NCBI GenBank assembly: GCA_038851755.1
Contig: JAWCKR010000001.1
Span: 53,637-117,636 of the forward strand
From: Candidatus Hadarchaeales archaeon
GTDB taxonomy: Archaea > Hadarchaeota > Hadarchaeia > Hadarchaeales > WYZ-LMO6
Direction: 5' to 3'
DNA: 64,000 nt
In this document: in pieces, positions 22,350 to 30,676 of the stretch
Numbering within the stretch: position 1 is the stretch's first letter
Layout of the letters: each line of letters begins with the position of its first letter
Program-made: the position numbers and the translations under genes
Notes under the pieces: model-generated
Database searches by the model: none
What the model was told of the DNA's origin: nothing
Seen by the model: only the letters and a program-made list of their open reading frames with translations

Positions 22350-23366
22350 ATGGAGGTGCTGGAGGAGGGAAGGGGGAAGCTGCTGGGATGGTGCGACCCA
22401 GAAGAGCACAGGGAATGGGTGAGGAAGAATAAGAGCAGGGAAATGGTGGAGAAGGTCACCACCCTGCAAGAGGCCGTCGCCCGCTTCGTGAAGAACGGGT
22501 GCCTGGTGGCCTTCGGGGGCTTCGGCCATGTGAGGGTCCCCATGGCCTTCATCTACGAGATGATCAGGCAGGGGAAGAGGGGCCTGAAGGTGGCCGGGAA
22601 AACTGCCGTGCACGACCTCGACTGCCTGATCGCGGCGGGCTGCGTGGCGGAGGTGGAGGTGGCCTACTCCTTCGGGCACGAGCTCAGGGGGCTCTCCCCC
22701 GCCTCCAGGAGGGCGGTGGAGGGGGGGAAGGTGAAGGTGGTGGCGGAGCTGAGCAACGCGGCCTACCAGTGGAGGTTCAGAGCGGCCGCCGCCGGCCTGC
22801 CCTTCATGCCCGCCTACGTGATGCTGGGGACCGACACCCTCAGGAGGAGCTCCGCGAAGGTGGTGAGGGACCCCTTCACCAAGAGGCCGATCTGCCTCGT
22901 CCCCGCCTGCTTCCCTGACGTGGCGGTGATCCACGTGCACGAGTGCGACGCCTACGGGAACTGCAGAATAGAGGGGGCGCTGGTGGAGGATTTCGAGCTG
23001 GCGAGGGCGGCCAAGAGGCTGGTGGTGACCACGGAGAGGATCATCCCCAACGAGAGGATAAGGAAGGAGCCCTGGAGGACCGTCATTCCCTACCTCTGCG
23101 TGGACGCCGTGGTGGAGGTGCCCTACGGCTCCCATCCCTGCAACATGCCTGGCATGTACTACTTCGACGAGGAGCACCTGGCGGAGTACCTCTCCTTCAC
23201 CCGGACAGAGGAAGGCACGGCGGAGTACTTCAGGAAGTACGTGTACGGGGTGAAGGACTTCCCGCAGTACCTGGAGAGGGTGGGGGGGAAGAGGAAGCTG
23301 AGGTTGCTGGAGAGGCTGGAGAGGGGAAGGGGAACCTACTCCTACCCGTGGAGGGAGAAGGGATGA
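22350..23366 (+). CDS. Family-I CoA-transferase subunit A (glutaconate/3-oxoacid CoA-transferase-like)
   Basis: 338 aa; ...NGCLVAFGGFGHVRVPMAF... typical alpha subunit. Followed by the beta subunit with an ATGA overlap. Confidence 0.8.
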   Translation: MEVLEEGRGKLLGWCDPEEHREWVRKNKSREMVEKVTTLQEAVARFVKNGCLVAFGGFGHVRVPMAFIYEMIRQGKRGLKVAGKTAVHDLDCLIAAGCVAEVEVAYSFGHELRGLSPASRRAVEGGKVKVVAELSNAAYQWRFRAAAAGLPFMPAYVMLGTDTLRRSSAKVVRDPFTKRPICLVPACFPDVAVIHVHECDAYGNCRIEGALVEDFELARAAKRLVVTTERIIPNERIRKEPWRTVIPYLCVDAVVEVPYGSHPCNMPGMYYFDEEHLAEYLSFTRTEEGTAEYFRKYVYGVKDFPQYLERVGGKRKLRLLERLERGRGTYSYPWREKG

Positions 23367-24121
23367 AGTACAGCAGGACGGAGATGATGGTGGTGGCCGC
23401 CTCCCGCCTGCTGGAGGACGGGAAAACCGTTCTCACCGGGACGGGAATGCCCGTGCTGGCTGCCCTCCTGGCCAGGGCCACCAGGGCTCCCGGGCTCTCC
23501 ATCATCTTCGAAGCCGGAGGGGTGGCCCCACTGCAACCCCCCACCCTCCCCCTCTCGGTGGGAGACTCCATGACCGTGCACAGGGCGGTGATGGCCGCCA
23601 GTATGGACTACGTCATGTCGCTGGCGCAGGCGGGATACGCCGACTACGCCTTCCTGGGGGCTGCACAGATAGACCCCTACGGCAACCTCAACACGACGGT
23701 GATAGGCCCCTACGAGCATCCGAGGGTCAGGCTCCCGGGAAGCGGAGGGGCCAACGACTTCGGTTCTCTGTGCTGGAGGACCATCGTGCTGATGAAGCAG
23801 GAAAGGAACAGGTTCGTGGAGAAGCTGGACTTCCTCACCACCCCGGGCTACCTCACGGGAAAGGGTGCCAGGGAGAGGGCGGGGCTTCCCAGGAACACGG
23901 GGCCCTGGCGGGTGGTCACGCAGCTTGGAGTGTACGGGTTCGGGGAAGACCTGAGGCTCAGGCTCCTGCGGGTCTATCCTGGAGTGACGCTGGAAGAGGT
24001 GAGGAACTCCAGCGGCTTCGAGGTGGTGAGGGGAAGGGTGGAGGAAGAACCCGAACCCACCGCGAAGGAACTCAAAGCCCTGAGAAAGCTCGATCCCTAC
24101 GGGATAGTGGTGGGAAAGTGA
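23363..24121 (+). CDS. Family-I CoA-transferase subunit B
   Basis: MKYSRTEMMVVAASRLLEDGKTVLTGTGMPVLAA...LPGSGGANDFGS (beta-subunit motif). ATG at 23363 overlaps the subunit-A stop. The track ORF from 22943 is over-extended. Confidence 0.8.
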   Translation: MKYSRTEMMVVAASRLLEDGKTVLTGTGMPVLAALLARATRAPGLSIIFEAGGVAPLQPPTLPLSVGDSMTVHRAVMAASMDYVMSLAQAGYADYAFLGAAQIDPYGNLNTTVIGPYEHPRVRLPGSGGANDFGSLCWRTIVLMKQERNRFVEKLDFLTTPGYLTGKGARERAGLPRNTGPWRVVTQLGVYGFGEDLRLRLLRVYPGVTLEEVRNSSGFEVVRGRVEEEPEPTAKELKALRKLDPYGIVVGK

Positions 24122-24122
24122 A

Positions 24123-25553
24123 CTAGGTGCCCCTCTCCGACTCCGAGGGGAGGAGGACGTCGTGGGGCCTGGTCTCCTGGGCCCCCAGGGGAGAGAGAAC
24201 GGCGAACCTGGCCTTCTCCCAGAGGTCCCTGATGCTCCTAGCCCCCGCGTACCCCATGGAGGCCCTCAGGCCCAGCACCAGCTCCTTCACGGCCGTGCTC
24301 ACCTCACCCTTGTAGGGCACCCACCCCTCCACGCCCTCCGCTATCCCCTTGGAAGGAACGGAGTACCTGTCCAGCGAGTACCTCTTGGCCATGGCCGAGG
24401 GACTCCCCATCCCCCTGTACTGCTTGTAGTACCTTCCCCCTATGCTCACCAGCGTCCCTGGGGCCTCCTTGCACCTGGCGAAGAGGTTCCCCGCCATGAC
24501 CACGGAGGCCCCGGCAGCCAGCGCCAGCGCTATGTCTCCCGGGCCCCTGACCCCCCCGTCGGCCATCACCGGGAGCTCCAGCCCGTAGTCCCTCAGGGCG
24601 TCGGCCACGCTTGCGGTGGCGTAGAGGGTGGGGGATCCCGCCTTCGTGACCTCGGTGGTCACGCATATCGAGCCGGAGCCCACCCCCGCCCTGAAACCGG
24701 CCACACCCTCCAGCTTGGTGATCACGTCCTCCGCGGCCTGGTAGGTCCCCACGTTCCCCACCACCAGGTCCGCCTCCACCTCCTCCAGCATCCTCTTGGT
24801 GGCCTCCAGCACGGCTGAGTTGTGGAAGTGGGCCACGTCCGTCACCAGCACGTTGACGTACCTGTCCAGCTTCTTCGCCCTCTCCAGGTCGAAGGGGGAG
24901 ACCGCGGCCGCGCACAGGAGCTGTCCCTCCTCGTCCCTGGCCGCCTCCGGGTACTTTCCCCTGAGCATGATGTCCCTGAAGGTGATGAGCCCCCTGAGGT
25001 TCCCGTTCTCGTCCACGATGGGGAGCTTCTCGATCTTGTGCTGGTGGAGAAGGTCCTTCGCCTCCTCCAGGCTTATCCCTTCCCTGGCCGTCACCACCTC
25101 CTTCGTCATCACGCTTTCCACCCTGAACTCGGGGTTGGCGAAGCGCACGTCCCTGCCCGTCAGGATGCCCACCAGCTTCCCACCCTTCACCACCGGAAGA
25201 CCCGAGATGTGGTGGGCCTCCATGAGCTTCATGGCCTCGCCCACCGTCTGGTCAGGGGCCACGGTCACCACCTCCCTTATCACCAGGGACTCCGCCCGCT
25301 TCACCTTCTTGGCCATCTCCACCTGCTCCTCCACGCTGCAGTTGCGGTGGAGGACGCCCACCCCTCCCTCCCTCGCCATCGCTATCGCCATCTCGGTCTC
25401 CGTGACGGTGTCCATCGGGGAGGAGACAAGGGGAATGTTCAGGGAATAGTTCTTGGTGAACCTGGTCCTCACGTCGATCTCGGAGGGCTCGACCGCCAGC
25501 CCGGGGAGCAGGATGAGGTCGTGGAAGGTGAGGGCCAGTTCAGCCCCCGTCAC
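24123..25553 (-). CDS. guaB: Inosine-5'-monophosphate dehydrogenase with CBS pair
   Basis: ...ALTFHDLILLPG...; tandem CBS domains; catalytic loop GVGSGSICVTTEVTKAGSP; ...GGVRGPGDIALALAAGA... GTG at 25553 is preceded by AGGAGGaaa. The track ORF to 25835 is a Gly-rich over-extension overlapping the upstream gene. Confidence 0.9.
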   Translation of the reverse strand: MTGAELALTFHDLILLPGLAVEPSEIDVRTRFTKNYSLNIPLVSSPMDTVTETEMAIAMAREGGVGVLHRNCSVEEQVEMAKKVKRAESLVIREVVTVAPDQTVGEAMKLMEAHHISGLPVVKGGKLVGILTGRDVRFANPEFRVESVMTKEVVTAREGISLEEAKDLLHQHKIEKLPIVDENGNLRGLITFRDIMLRGKYPEAARDEEGQLLCAAAVSPFDLERAKKLDRYVNVLVTDVAHFHNSAVLEATKRMLEEVEADLVVGNVGTYQAAEDVITKLEGVAGFRAGVGSGSICVTTEVTKAGSPTLYATASVADALRDYGLELPVMADGGVRGPGDIALALAAGASVVMAGNLFARCKEAPGTLVSIGGRYYKQYRGMGSPSAMAKRYSLDRYSVPSKGIAEGVEGWVPYKGEVSTAVKELVLGLRASMGYAGARSIRDLWEKARFAVLSPLGAQETRPHDVLLPSESERGT

Positions 25554-25618
25554 TTTCCTCCTGAAGCCTCCCTCCGGCACTCTTCCACCTTCTATCAAGG
25601 AAAGGGGGGAGTTTAACC

Positions 25619-26128
25619 CTATCGGGAGACGGGGGGTCCTCCCTCGAACTCCCTCAGCAGTCTCTCCACTTCGCCCCTCACCTTCTCCACCTCCACCACC
25701 ACCACTCCCTCTCCCGGCTGCCCGTACAGGACCACGGTGCCCGGAGGGGACTTCGCCACGGCCGCGAGCGTGGCCAGGTCCTCCTCCCCCTCCACCACTA
25801 TCTTCAGGGGAGGGGGGAGGTCGAAGGTCTCCCACAGCTCCCTGGAGAGGGTGGCCGGTGGATTCACCACCCTCCTCTCGGGAAAATCCAGCTCCTCCAC
25901 CCTCCTCCTCTCCTCTCCAGACAGGGGGGAGCGGAGGGTCTTGAAGTCCACCACGCAGACATCGGGCCTCACCCCCTCTCCCAGGAGGGTGGCGGTGACC
26001 ATGTCCCCCACCGTCACTATCCTTCTCGGTCGGAGGGTTCTCACGTGCCTCAGGGCCTCCCCCATGCTTGGGAAGACCCTGCCCAGCGGCCTCTTGAGCC
26101 TGTCCCTGAGGTGCTCCGGAAGCCTCAT
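25619..26128 (-). CDS. DUF359/COG1909 protein, probable GTP-dependent dephospho-CoA kinase
   Basis: 169 aa; MRLPEHLRDRLKRPLGRVFP...IVTVGDMVTATLL...VVDFKT... matches the small DUF359 family assigned as archaeal DPCK. ATGA overlap with the DGGGP synthase stop. Confidence 0.55.
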   Translation of the reverse strand: MRLPEHLRDRLKRPLGRVFPSMGEALRHVRTLRPRRIVTVGDMVTATLLGEGVRPDVCVVDFKTLRSPLSGEERRRVEELDFPERRVVNPPATLSRELWETFDLPPPLKIVVEGEEDLATLAAVAKSPPGTVVLYGQPGEGVVVVEVEKVRGEVERLLREFEGGPPVSR

Positions 26129-26994
26129 CCCAACCTCCCCAGCAGGAAGGCCAGCAGGCCGAAGAGCATCCAGAGGAGGGAGAGGCGCTTGAGCTCCGCT
26201 GCCTTACTGGCCGAGGGCTTCCTCAGGGAGAGGAAACCCGTGGAGAGGAAGCCCGCGTCCGCCAGCACCACGGGAGGAAGGTACCAGGGGGAGACCTCAC
26301 CCAGCAGAAGGGGGAGGGGGCTCAGCGCCACGGCCGAGAGGTAGAAGAGGAGGACGAAGGAAGCCGCACCCTTCTGGCCTCTGGAGACCGCGAGCGTCCT
26401 GATCCCCCTTCTCCTGTCCCCCTCCACATCCGCCATCCCCTTCAAAATCTCTCTCCCCGTGTTGGAAAGGAAAGCCATGAGCAGGAAGAAGGAGAGGGTA
26501 AGGGTGGGTTCTTCGCCCACCACCAGGGGACCGTAGAGGAAAGGTATGGCCACGCAGGTGCTCACCATCAGGTTGCCGGGCAGCCCCGTCCTCTTCCCCC
26601 TCGCGTTGTAGTAGGTGGAAAGAAGGAAGGAGAGAACGGCGACGAGCAGGGGATAGAGGGTCCCCCTCTCCACCCAGCTCCCGGCCGCGGAGAGAAGGCC
26701 GAGCGCCGCCAGCCAGGAAGCGAAGAGGAGGGCCTCTCCCGTCGAAACGAGGCCGCTTGGGATGGGCCGGCCAGGCTGGTTCACCTCGTCCACGAAGCGG
26801 TCGAAGTAATCGTTCACCGTCATGGAGGCCCCTGTGAGGAAGAAAGCCGTGGAGAAACCGAGAAGGCTCGGGAGGAACTCCAGCCTGCCCACGGCCAGGA
26901 TCTCCCCCACCAGGACGGCGAGCCCCATCATGAGGCAGTTGGGAAGCCTGAGAAGGGAGAGAAAAGCCCGGAGCCTGCGCAGGGGGGTCTTCAT
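26125..26994 (-). CDS. Digeranylgeranylglyceryl phosphate synthase (UbiA prenyltransferase family)
   Basis: Multi-TM protein with NDYFDRFVDEVNQPGRPIPSG (UbiA Asp-rich motif 1) and a second D-rich region. ATG (MKTPLRRLRAF) at 26994; the track start at TTG 27021. Confidence 0.85.
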   Translation of the reverse strand: MKTPLRRLRAFLSLLRLPNCLMMGLAVLVGEILAVGRLEFLPSLLGFSTAFFLTGASMTVNDYFDRFVDEVNQPGRPIPSGLVSTGEALLFASWLAALGLLSAAGSWVERGTLYPLLVAVLSFLLSTYYNARGKRTGLPGNLMVSTCVAIPFLYGPLVVGEEPTLTLSFFLLMAFLSNTGREILKGMADVEGDRRRGIRTLAVSRGQKGAASFVLLFYLSAVALSPLPLLLGEVSPWYLPPVVLADAGFLSTGFLSLRKPSASKAAELKRLSLLWMLFGLLAFLLGRLG

Positions 26995-27096
26995 GACTTT
27001 CAAGGGGGATGAACCCTCCAAGTTTTAACCCTACCGAAATCCCCTCCGAAAAAGCTCACCCTATAATAACCCTACGCGCCAAAAACACCGAAGGAC

Positions 27097-28689
27097 ATGG
27101 AGCTCAAGAAAACCACCTCACTCTGCCCGGAGTGCCTCAGTATTCTCCAGGCGACCCTTTACGAGAAAGATGGCAAGGTCTGGATGAAGAAGGTCTGCCC
27201 GGAGCACGGGGAGTTCGAGGAGGTTTACAGCGGGTCCTCCGAGTGGTACAGGAGGGCCGAACGGTACGCGATGGACGGAAGGGGGGTGGAGAACCCGCAG
27301 GTGACCAAGAAGGATCCCTCCTGCCCTCAAGACTGCGGCCTGTGCAGCCTCCACCTGAGCCATACGGCGCTTGCAAACATCGTGCTGACGAACAGGTGCG
27401 ATCTGACGTGCTGGTATTGCTTTTTTTTCGCCCAGCGACTCGGCTACGTCTACGAGCCCACCCTCAAGCAAATTGAGGAGATGCTCAAGGTCCTCAAGAG
27501 CGAGAAACCCATCGCGTGCAACGCGGTGCAACTGACGGGTGGGGAGCCCTGCCTGAGGGAGGATCTCCTCGAGATCATAAGGCTGATCAAATCTTACGAC
27601 TTCGACCACATCCAGCTCAACACCAACGGGATAAGGCTGGCGCAGGAACCGGAACTCGCGTCGAAGGTCCGCGAGGCCGGGGTGAACACCCTCTACCTCA
27701 GTTTCGATGGGGTGAGCGAGAAAACGAACCCCAAAAACCACTGGGAGTTCCCCCTGGCCCTGGAGAACTGCCGGAAAGCGGGACTGGGGATAGTGCTCGT
27801 ACCCACCGTCATCAAGGGAGTGAACGACCATGAGATCGGGGACATCGTGAAGTACGCCTTCAGGAACCTCGACATCGTCAGAAGCGTGAACTTCCAGCCG
27901 GTTTCCCTCGTGGGGAGGATGCCCCGCGAGGAGAGGGACCGGTACAGGATAACCATCCCCGACGTCATCAAGAAACTGGAGGAGCAGACCAACGGGGAGG
28001 TAACCCTGCAGGACTTTTTCCCCGTGCCCACGGCCCTCGTGATAAGCAGGTTCATCGAGGGGCTCACGGGCAGACCGAGCTACGACCTCAGCTCCCACTT
28101 CGCGTGCGGAGCGGCGACCTACGTGTTCAGGGAGAACGGAAGGATGATCCCGATCACCAGGTTCATAGACGTGGAGGGCTTCCTGGAGTACATGAGGGAG
28201 AAGACGGAGGAGCTGAAGAGGGGAAAGAGCAGGACCCTCATGAAACTGAAGCTCCTCGCCTCCATAGGGAAGTTCATAGACTCGAGGAAGAAGCCCAGGG
28301 ACCTCAAGCTGGGCAGGCTCATCTATCAGATTTTCGTGAGACGGAACTACGGCGCCCTCGGCCAGTTCCACATGAAGTCCCTCTTCATAGGGATGATGCA
28401 CTTCATGGACCTCTACAACTACGACGTGGAGAGGGTGAAGAGGTGCTGCATCCACTACGTGATGAGCGACAACAGGGTGGTTCCCTTCTGCGCCTTCAAC
28501 GTCATCCCCGAGTGGTACAGGGACAAGGACCAGGAGAGCCAGGGAGTCCCCATAGAGGAGTGGGAGAGGAGGACCGGGAAGAAGCTCAGGGACGACCTCT
28601 ACAAGCGCGACGTGGAAAGGCTCAAGCGGACGGACGCTTACCGTAAGTTCGAGCAGGATCTGAAGGAGATAAAGTCAGGCCTTTACTAG
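27097..28689 (+). CDS. Radical-SAM protein, probable tetraether lipid synthase (Tes / GDGT-MAS-like)
   Basis: 530 aa; N-terminal Cys/His knuckles (CPECLS...CPEHG, rubredoxin-like); radical-SAM CX3CX2C (NRCDLTCWYC); long C-terminal domain with further Cys (CCIHY...C). Sits between DGGGP synthase and GGR/GGGPS/G1PDH. TATA-like ctATAATAAc centred ~31 nt upstream of the ATG. Confidence 0.6.
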   Translation: MELKKTTSLCPECLSILQATLYEKDGKVWMKKVCPEHGEFEEVYSGSSEWYRRAERYAMDGRGVENPQVTKKDPSCPQDCGLCSLHLSHTALANIVLTNRCDLTCWYCFFFAQRLGYVYEPTLKQIEEMLKVLKSEKPIACNAVQLTGGEPCLREDLLEIIRLIKSYDFDHIQLNTNGIRLAQEPELASKVREAGVNTLYLSFDGVSEKTNPKNHWEFPLALENCRKAGLGIVLVPTVIKGVNDHEIGDIVKYAFRNLDIVRSVNFQPVSLVGRMPREERDRYRITIPDVIKKLEEQTNGEVTLQDFFPVPTALVISRFIEGLTGRPSYDLSSHFACGAATYVFRENGRMIPITRFIDVEGFLEYMREKTEELKRGKSRTLMKLKLLASIGKFIDSRKKPRDLKLGRLIYQIFVRRNYGALGQFHMKSLFIGMMHFMDLYNYDVERVKRCCIHYVMSDNRVVPFCAFNVIPEWYRDKDQESQGVPIEEWERRTGKKLRDDLYKRDVERLKRTDAYRKFEQDLKEIKSGLY

Positions 28690-28746
28690 CTCGGCGAGCG
28701 ATGCGCAACGCTTCCCTTATAAGTCCACCGGAAAAGTTAGCTGAAG

Positions 28747-29916
28747 ATGTCAGAGCAACAGGAGTACGACGTGATCGTGGTGGGTGCAGGGCCCGCGGGC
28801 CTGATGGCTTCCAGGAAGGCCGCTGAGGCCGGGGCCAGCACCCTCCTGCTGGAGAGGGAGAACTCCCTGGGGAAAAAGCCCTGCGGGGAGGCTGTGTCCG
28901 TGTCCACGCTCGAGGACGCCGGAGTGAAGGGAGGGAGGTTCATCCGCAACCGCGTGGAGATCTTCAGGGTGCACGCCCCTGACGAGCGGAAGTACGTGGA
29001 CATCCTCTCCCGCAAGCTGGGAACGGCGGGATACGTGATAGAGAAGGGACTCTTCCTGAAAGAGCTGGCCTACCTGGCCGTCAAGAGGGGAGTGGAGATG
29101 AGGATGGGTTCGCCCGTGCTGGACCTGAGGAGGGTGGAGGGGTGGTGGGAGGTCCTAGTCAAGCAGGGGGCGGAGAGGAGGAAGTTCAGGGGAAAGATAG
29201 TGATAGGATGCGACGGGGTGAACTCGGTGGTGGCCGGGAAGGCCCTGCGGGTGAAAAAGCCCGAGGTCATCCCCTGCTTCCAGTACAAGATGGTGAACTG
29301 CGGGGTAGAGGACCCGCACACGCTGGAGGTCTACCTGGGGAAGGAGGTGGCCCCCGGGGGCTACGTGTGGCTCTTCCCGAAGGACGGGGGGGAAGCCAAC
29401 GTGGGGATAGGGGTGAGGGGGGCGCCGGCCAAGCCCTACCTAGACCGCTTCCTCTCCTCCCATCCCGAGCTCTTCGGCGGGGCCGGCGTGGTGGAGGTGG
29501 GCGCTGCACCCGTGCCGGTGGGGGGGGAAGTCGAGAGGGTGGTGGGGGAGGGGGTGATGGTGTGCGGGGATGCGGGCGGGCAGGTGATACCCCTCACGGG
29601 GGGAGGAATCCACTCCTCCGTGGTCGCGGGGAAGATGGCGGGAGAGGTGGCGGGAGAGGCCGTGAAGGGGGGCAGGGAACTGCAGGAATACCCCCGGAGA
29701 TACGAGGAGTGGAGCGAAAGGATCTCCCGGAGCCTGAAGGTGCTCAGGCTCATAGAGAAGCTGAGCGACAAGGAGCTGAACCAGCTGGCCGACCTCCTCA
29801 CCGGCCAGGACGTGGTGGACCTGGCCAACGGGACCAACCTGAAAAGGGTGGGGAGGAAGCTCCTGCGGCATCCTCACTTCGCCCTCCGCCTGGCGAGGGG
29901 GCTGCTGGGTGGTTGA
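28747..29916 (+). CDS. Geranylgeranyl reductase (digeranylgeranylglycerophospholipid reductase), FAD-dependent
   Basis: YDVIVVGAGPAGLMASRKAAEAGASTLLLER...KPCGEAVS... (FAD Rossmann + conserved Cys); 389 aa typical GGR. Confidence 0.9.
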   Translation: MSEQQEYDVIVVGAGPAGLMASRKAAEAGASTLLLERENSLGKKPCGEAVSVSTLEDAGVKGGRFIRNRVEIFRVHAPDERKYVDILSRKLGTAGYVIEKGLFLKELAYLAVKRGVEMRMGSPVLDLRRVEGWWEVLVKQGAERRKFRGKIVIGCDGVNSVVAGKALRVKKPEVIPCFQYKMVNCGVEDPHTLEVYLGKEVAPGGYVWLFPKDGGEANVGIGVRGAPAKPYLDRFLSSHPELFGGAGVVEVGAAPVPVGGEVERVVGEGVMVCGDAGGQVIPLTGGGIHSSVVAGKMAGEVAGEAVKGGRELQEYPRRYEEWSERISRSLKVLRLIEKLSDKELNQLADLLTGQDVVDLANGTNLKRVGRKLLRHPHFALRLARGLLGG

Positions 29917-30676
29917 GCTGGGCAGGGTGGAGAAGTACCTGAGGGAGGGGATGCGAAAGCATCCGCTGCACCTCACGCTGGTGGACCCCGAGAAGACCCG
30001 CGGGGACAAAGCGGGGGAACTCTGCAGGAGGGCGGAGAAAGCGGGGACCTCGGCCATCATGGTCGGGGGCTCCACCGTGTGCTCCACCACCCTCGTGGAC
30101 GAAACGGTGAAGGCCATCAAGAAGGAGGTGGAGCTCCCCGTCATCCTTTTTCCCAACAACCTCTCCGGCATCAGCAGGTACGCCGACGCCATCTTCTTCA
30201 TGTCCCTCCTCAACTCCTCCAACCCCTACTTCCTCATCGACGCGCAGGCCCTGGGGGCTCCCCTCGTGAGGGAGTACGGCCTGGAGGTCCTCCCCATGGG
30301 CTACCTCATCCTGGGACCGGGGGGAACGGCGGGCTTCGTGGGGCAGGCGAGGTTCCTCCCGCTGGAAAAGGCGGAGCTGGCGGCAGCCTACGCTCTAGCC
30401 GCCCAGTACCTGGGGATGCACTTCGTCTACCTGGAAGCGGGCTCGGGGGCCCCCACGCCCGTTCCACCCCAGACCATCTCCGCCGTCCGGAAGTGCGTGG
30501 ACCTCCCCCTCATCGTGGGAGGGGGAATAAGGACGGGAGAGGAGGCCAGGAGGGCGGCGCAGGCCGGGGCGGACCTGGTGGTGACGGGAACGGTGGTGGA
30601 GGAGGGAAGGGTGGAGGAGAAGATAGGGGAAATGGTGGAGGCCCTCCGAAAGGTGCGCCGGGGTAAGGAGCGTTGA
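29909..30676 (+). CDS. Geranylgeranylglyceryl phosphate synthase (PcrB family)
   Basis: ...HLTLVDPEKT...AIMVGGS...YLEAGSGAP...LIVGGGIRTGEEA is a TIM-barrel GGGPS. GTG start overlaps the GGR stop (GTGGTTGA). Confidence 0.9.
   Translation: MVELGRVEKYLREGMRKHPLHLTLVDPEKTRGDKAGELCRRAEKAGTSAIMVGGSTVCSTTLVDETVKAIKKEVELPVILFPNNLSGISRYADAIFFMSLLNSSNPYFLIDAQALGAPLVREYGLEVLPMGYLILGPGGTAGFVGQARFLPLEKAELAAAYALAAQYLGMHFVYLEAGSGAPTPVPPQTISAVRKCVDLPLIVGGGIRTGEEARRAAQAGADLVVTGTVVEEGRVEEKIGEMVEALRKVRRGKER

Noticed and set aside
22943-23362. Over-extended N-termini on track ORFs for CoA-transferase B, hisG (55092), hisD (57558), hisB (57115), hisI (58928), the SPOUT gene (45642) and cofH (37707).
   Set aside because: Each extension overlaps the preceding gene and is Gly/Arg/Pro low-complexity. 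The conserved N-terminal motifs and start-stop overlaps indicate the shorter starts given in the features.
25554-25835. Gly/Arg-rich 94-aa N-terminal extension of the guaB ORF overlapping the DUF359 gene.
   Set aside because: The conserved IMPDH N-terminus starts at a GTG preceded by AGGAGG; the extension overlaps an upstream gene in another frame.
27415-27432. T-run (ttgcttttttttcgcc) resembling an archaeal terminator.
   Set aside because: It lies inside the Tes-like coding sequence and encodes the conserved CWYCFFFAQ segment, so it is not intergenic.
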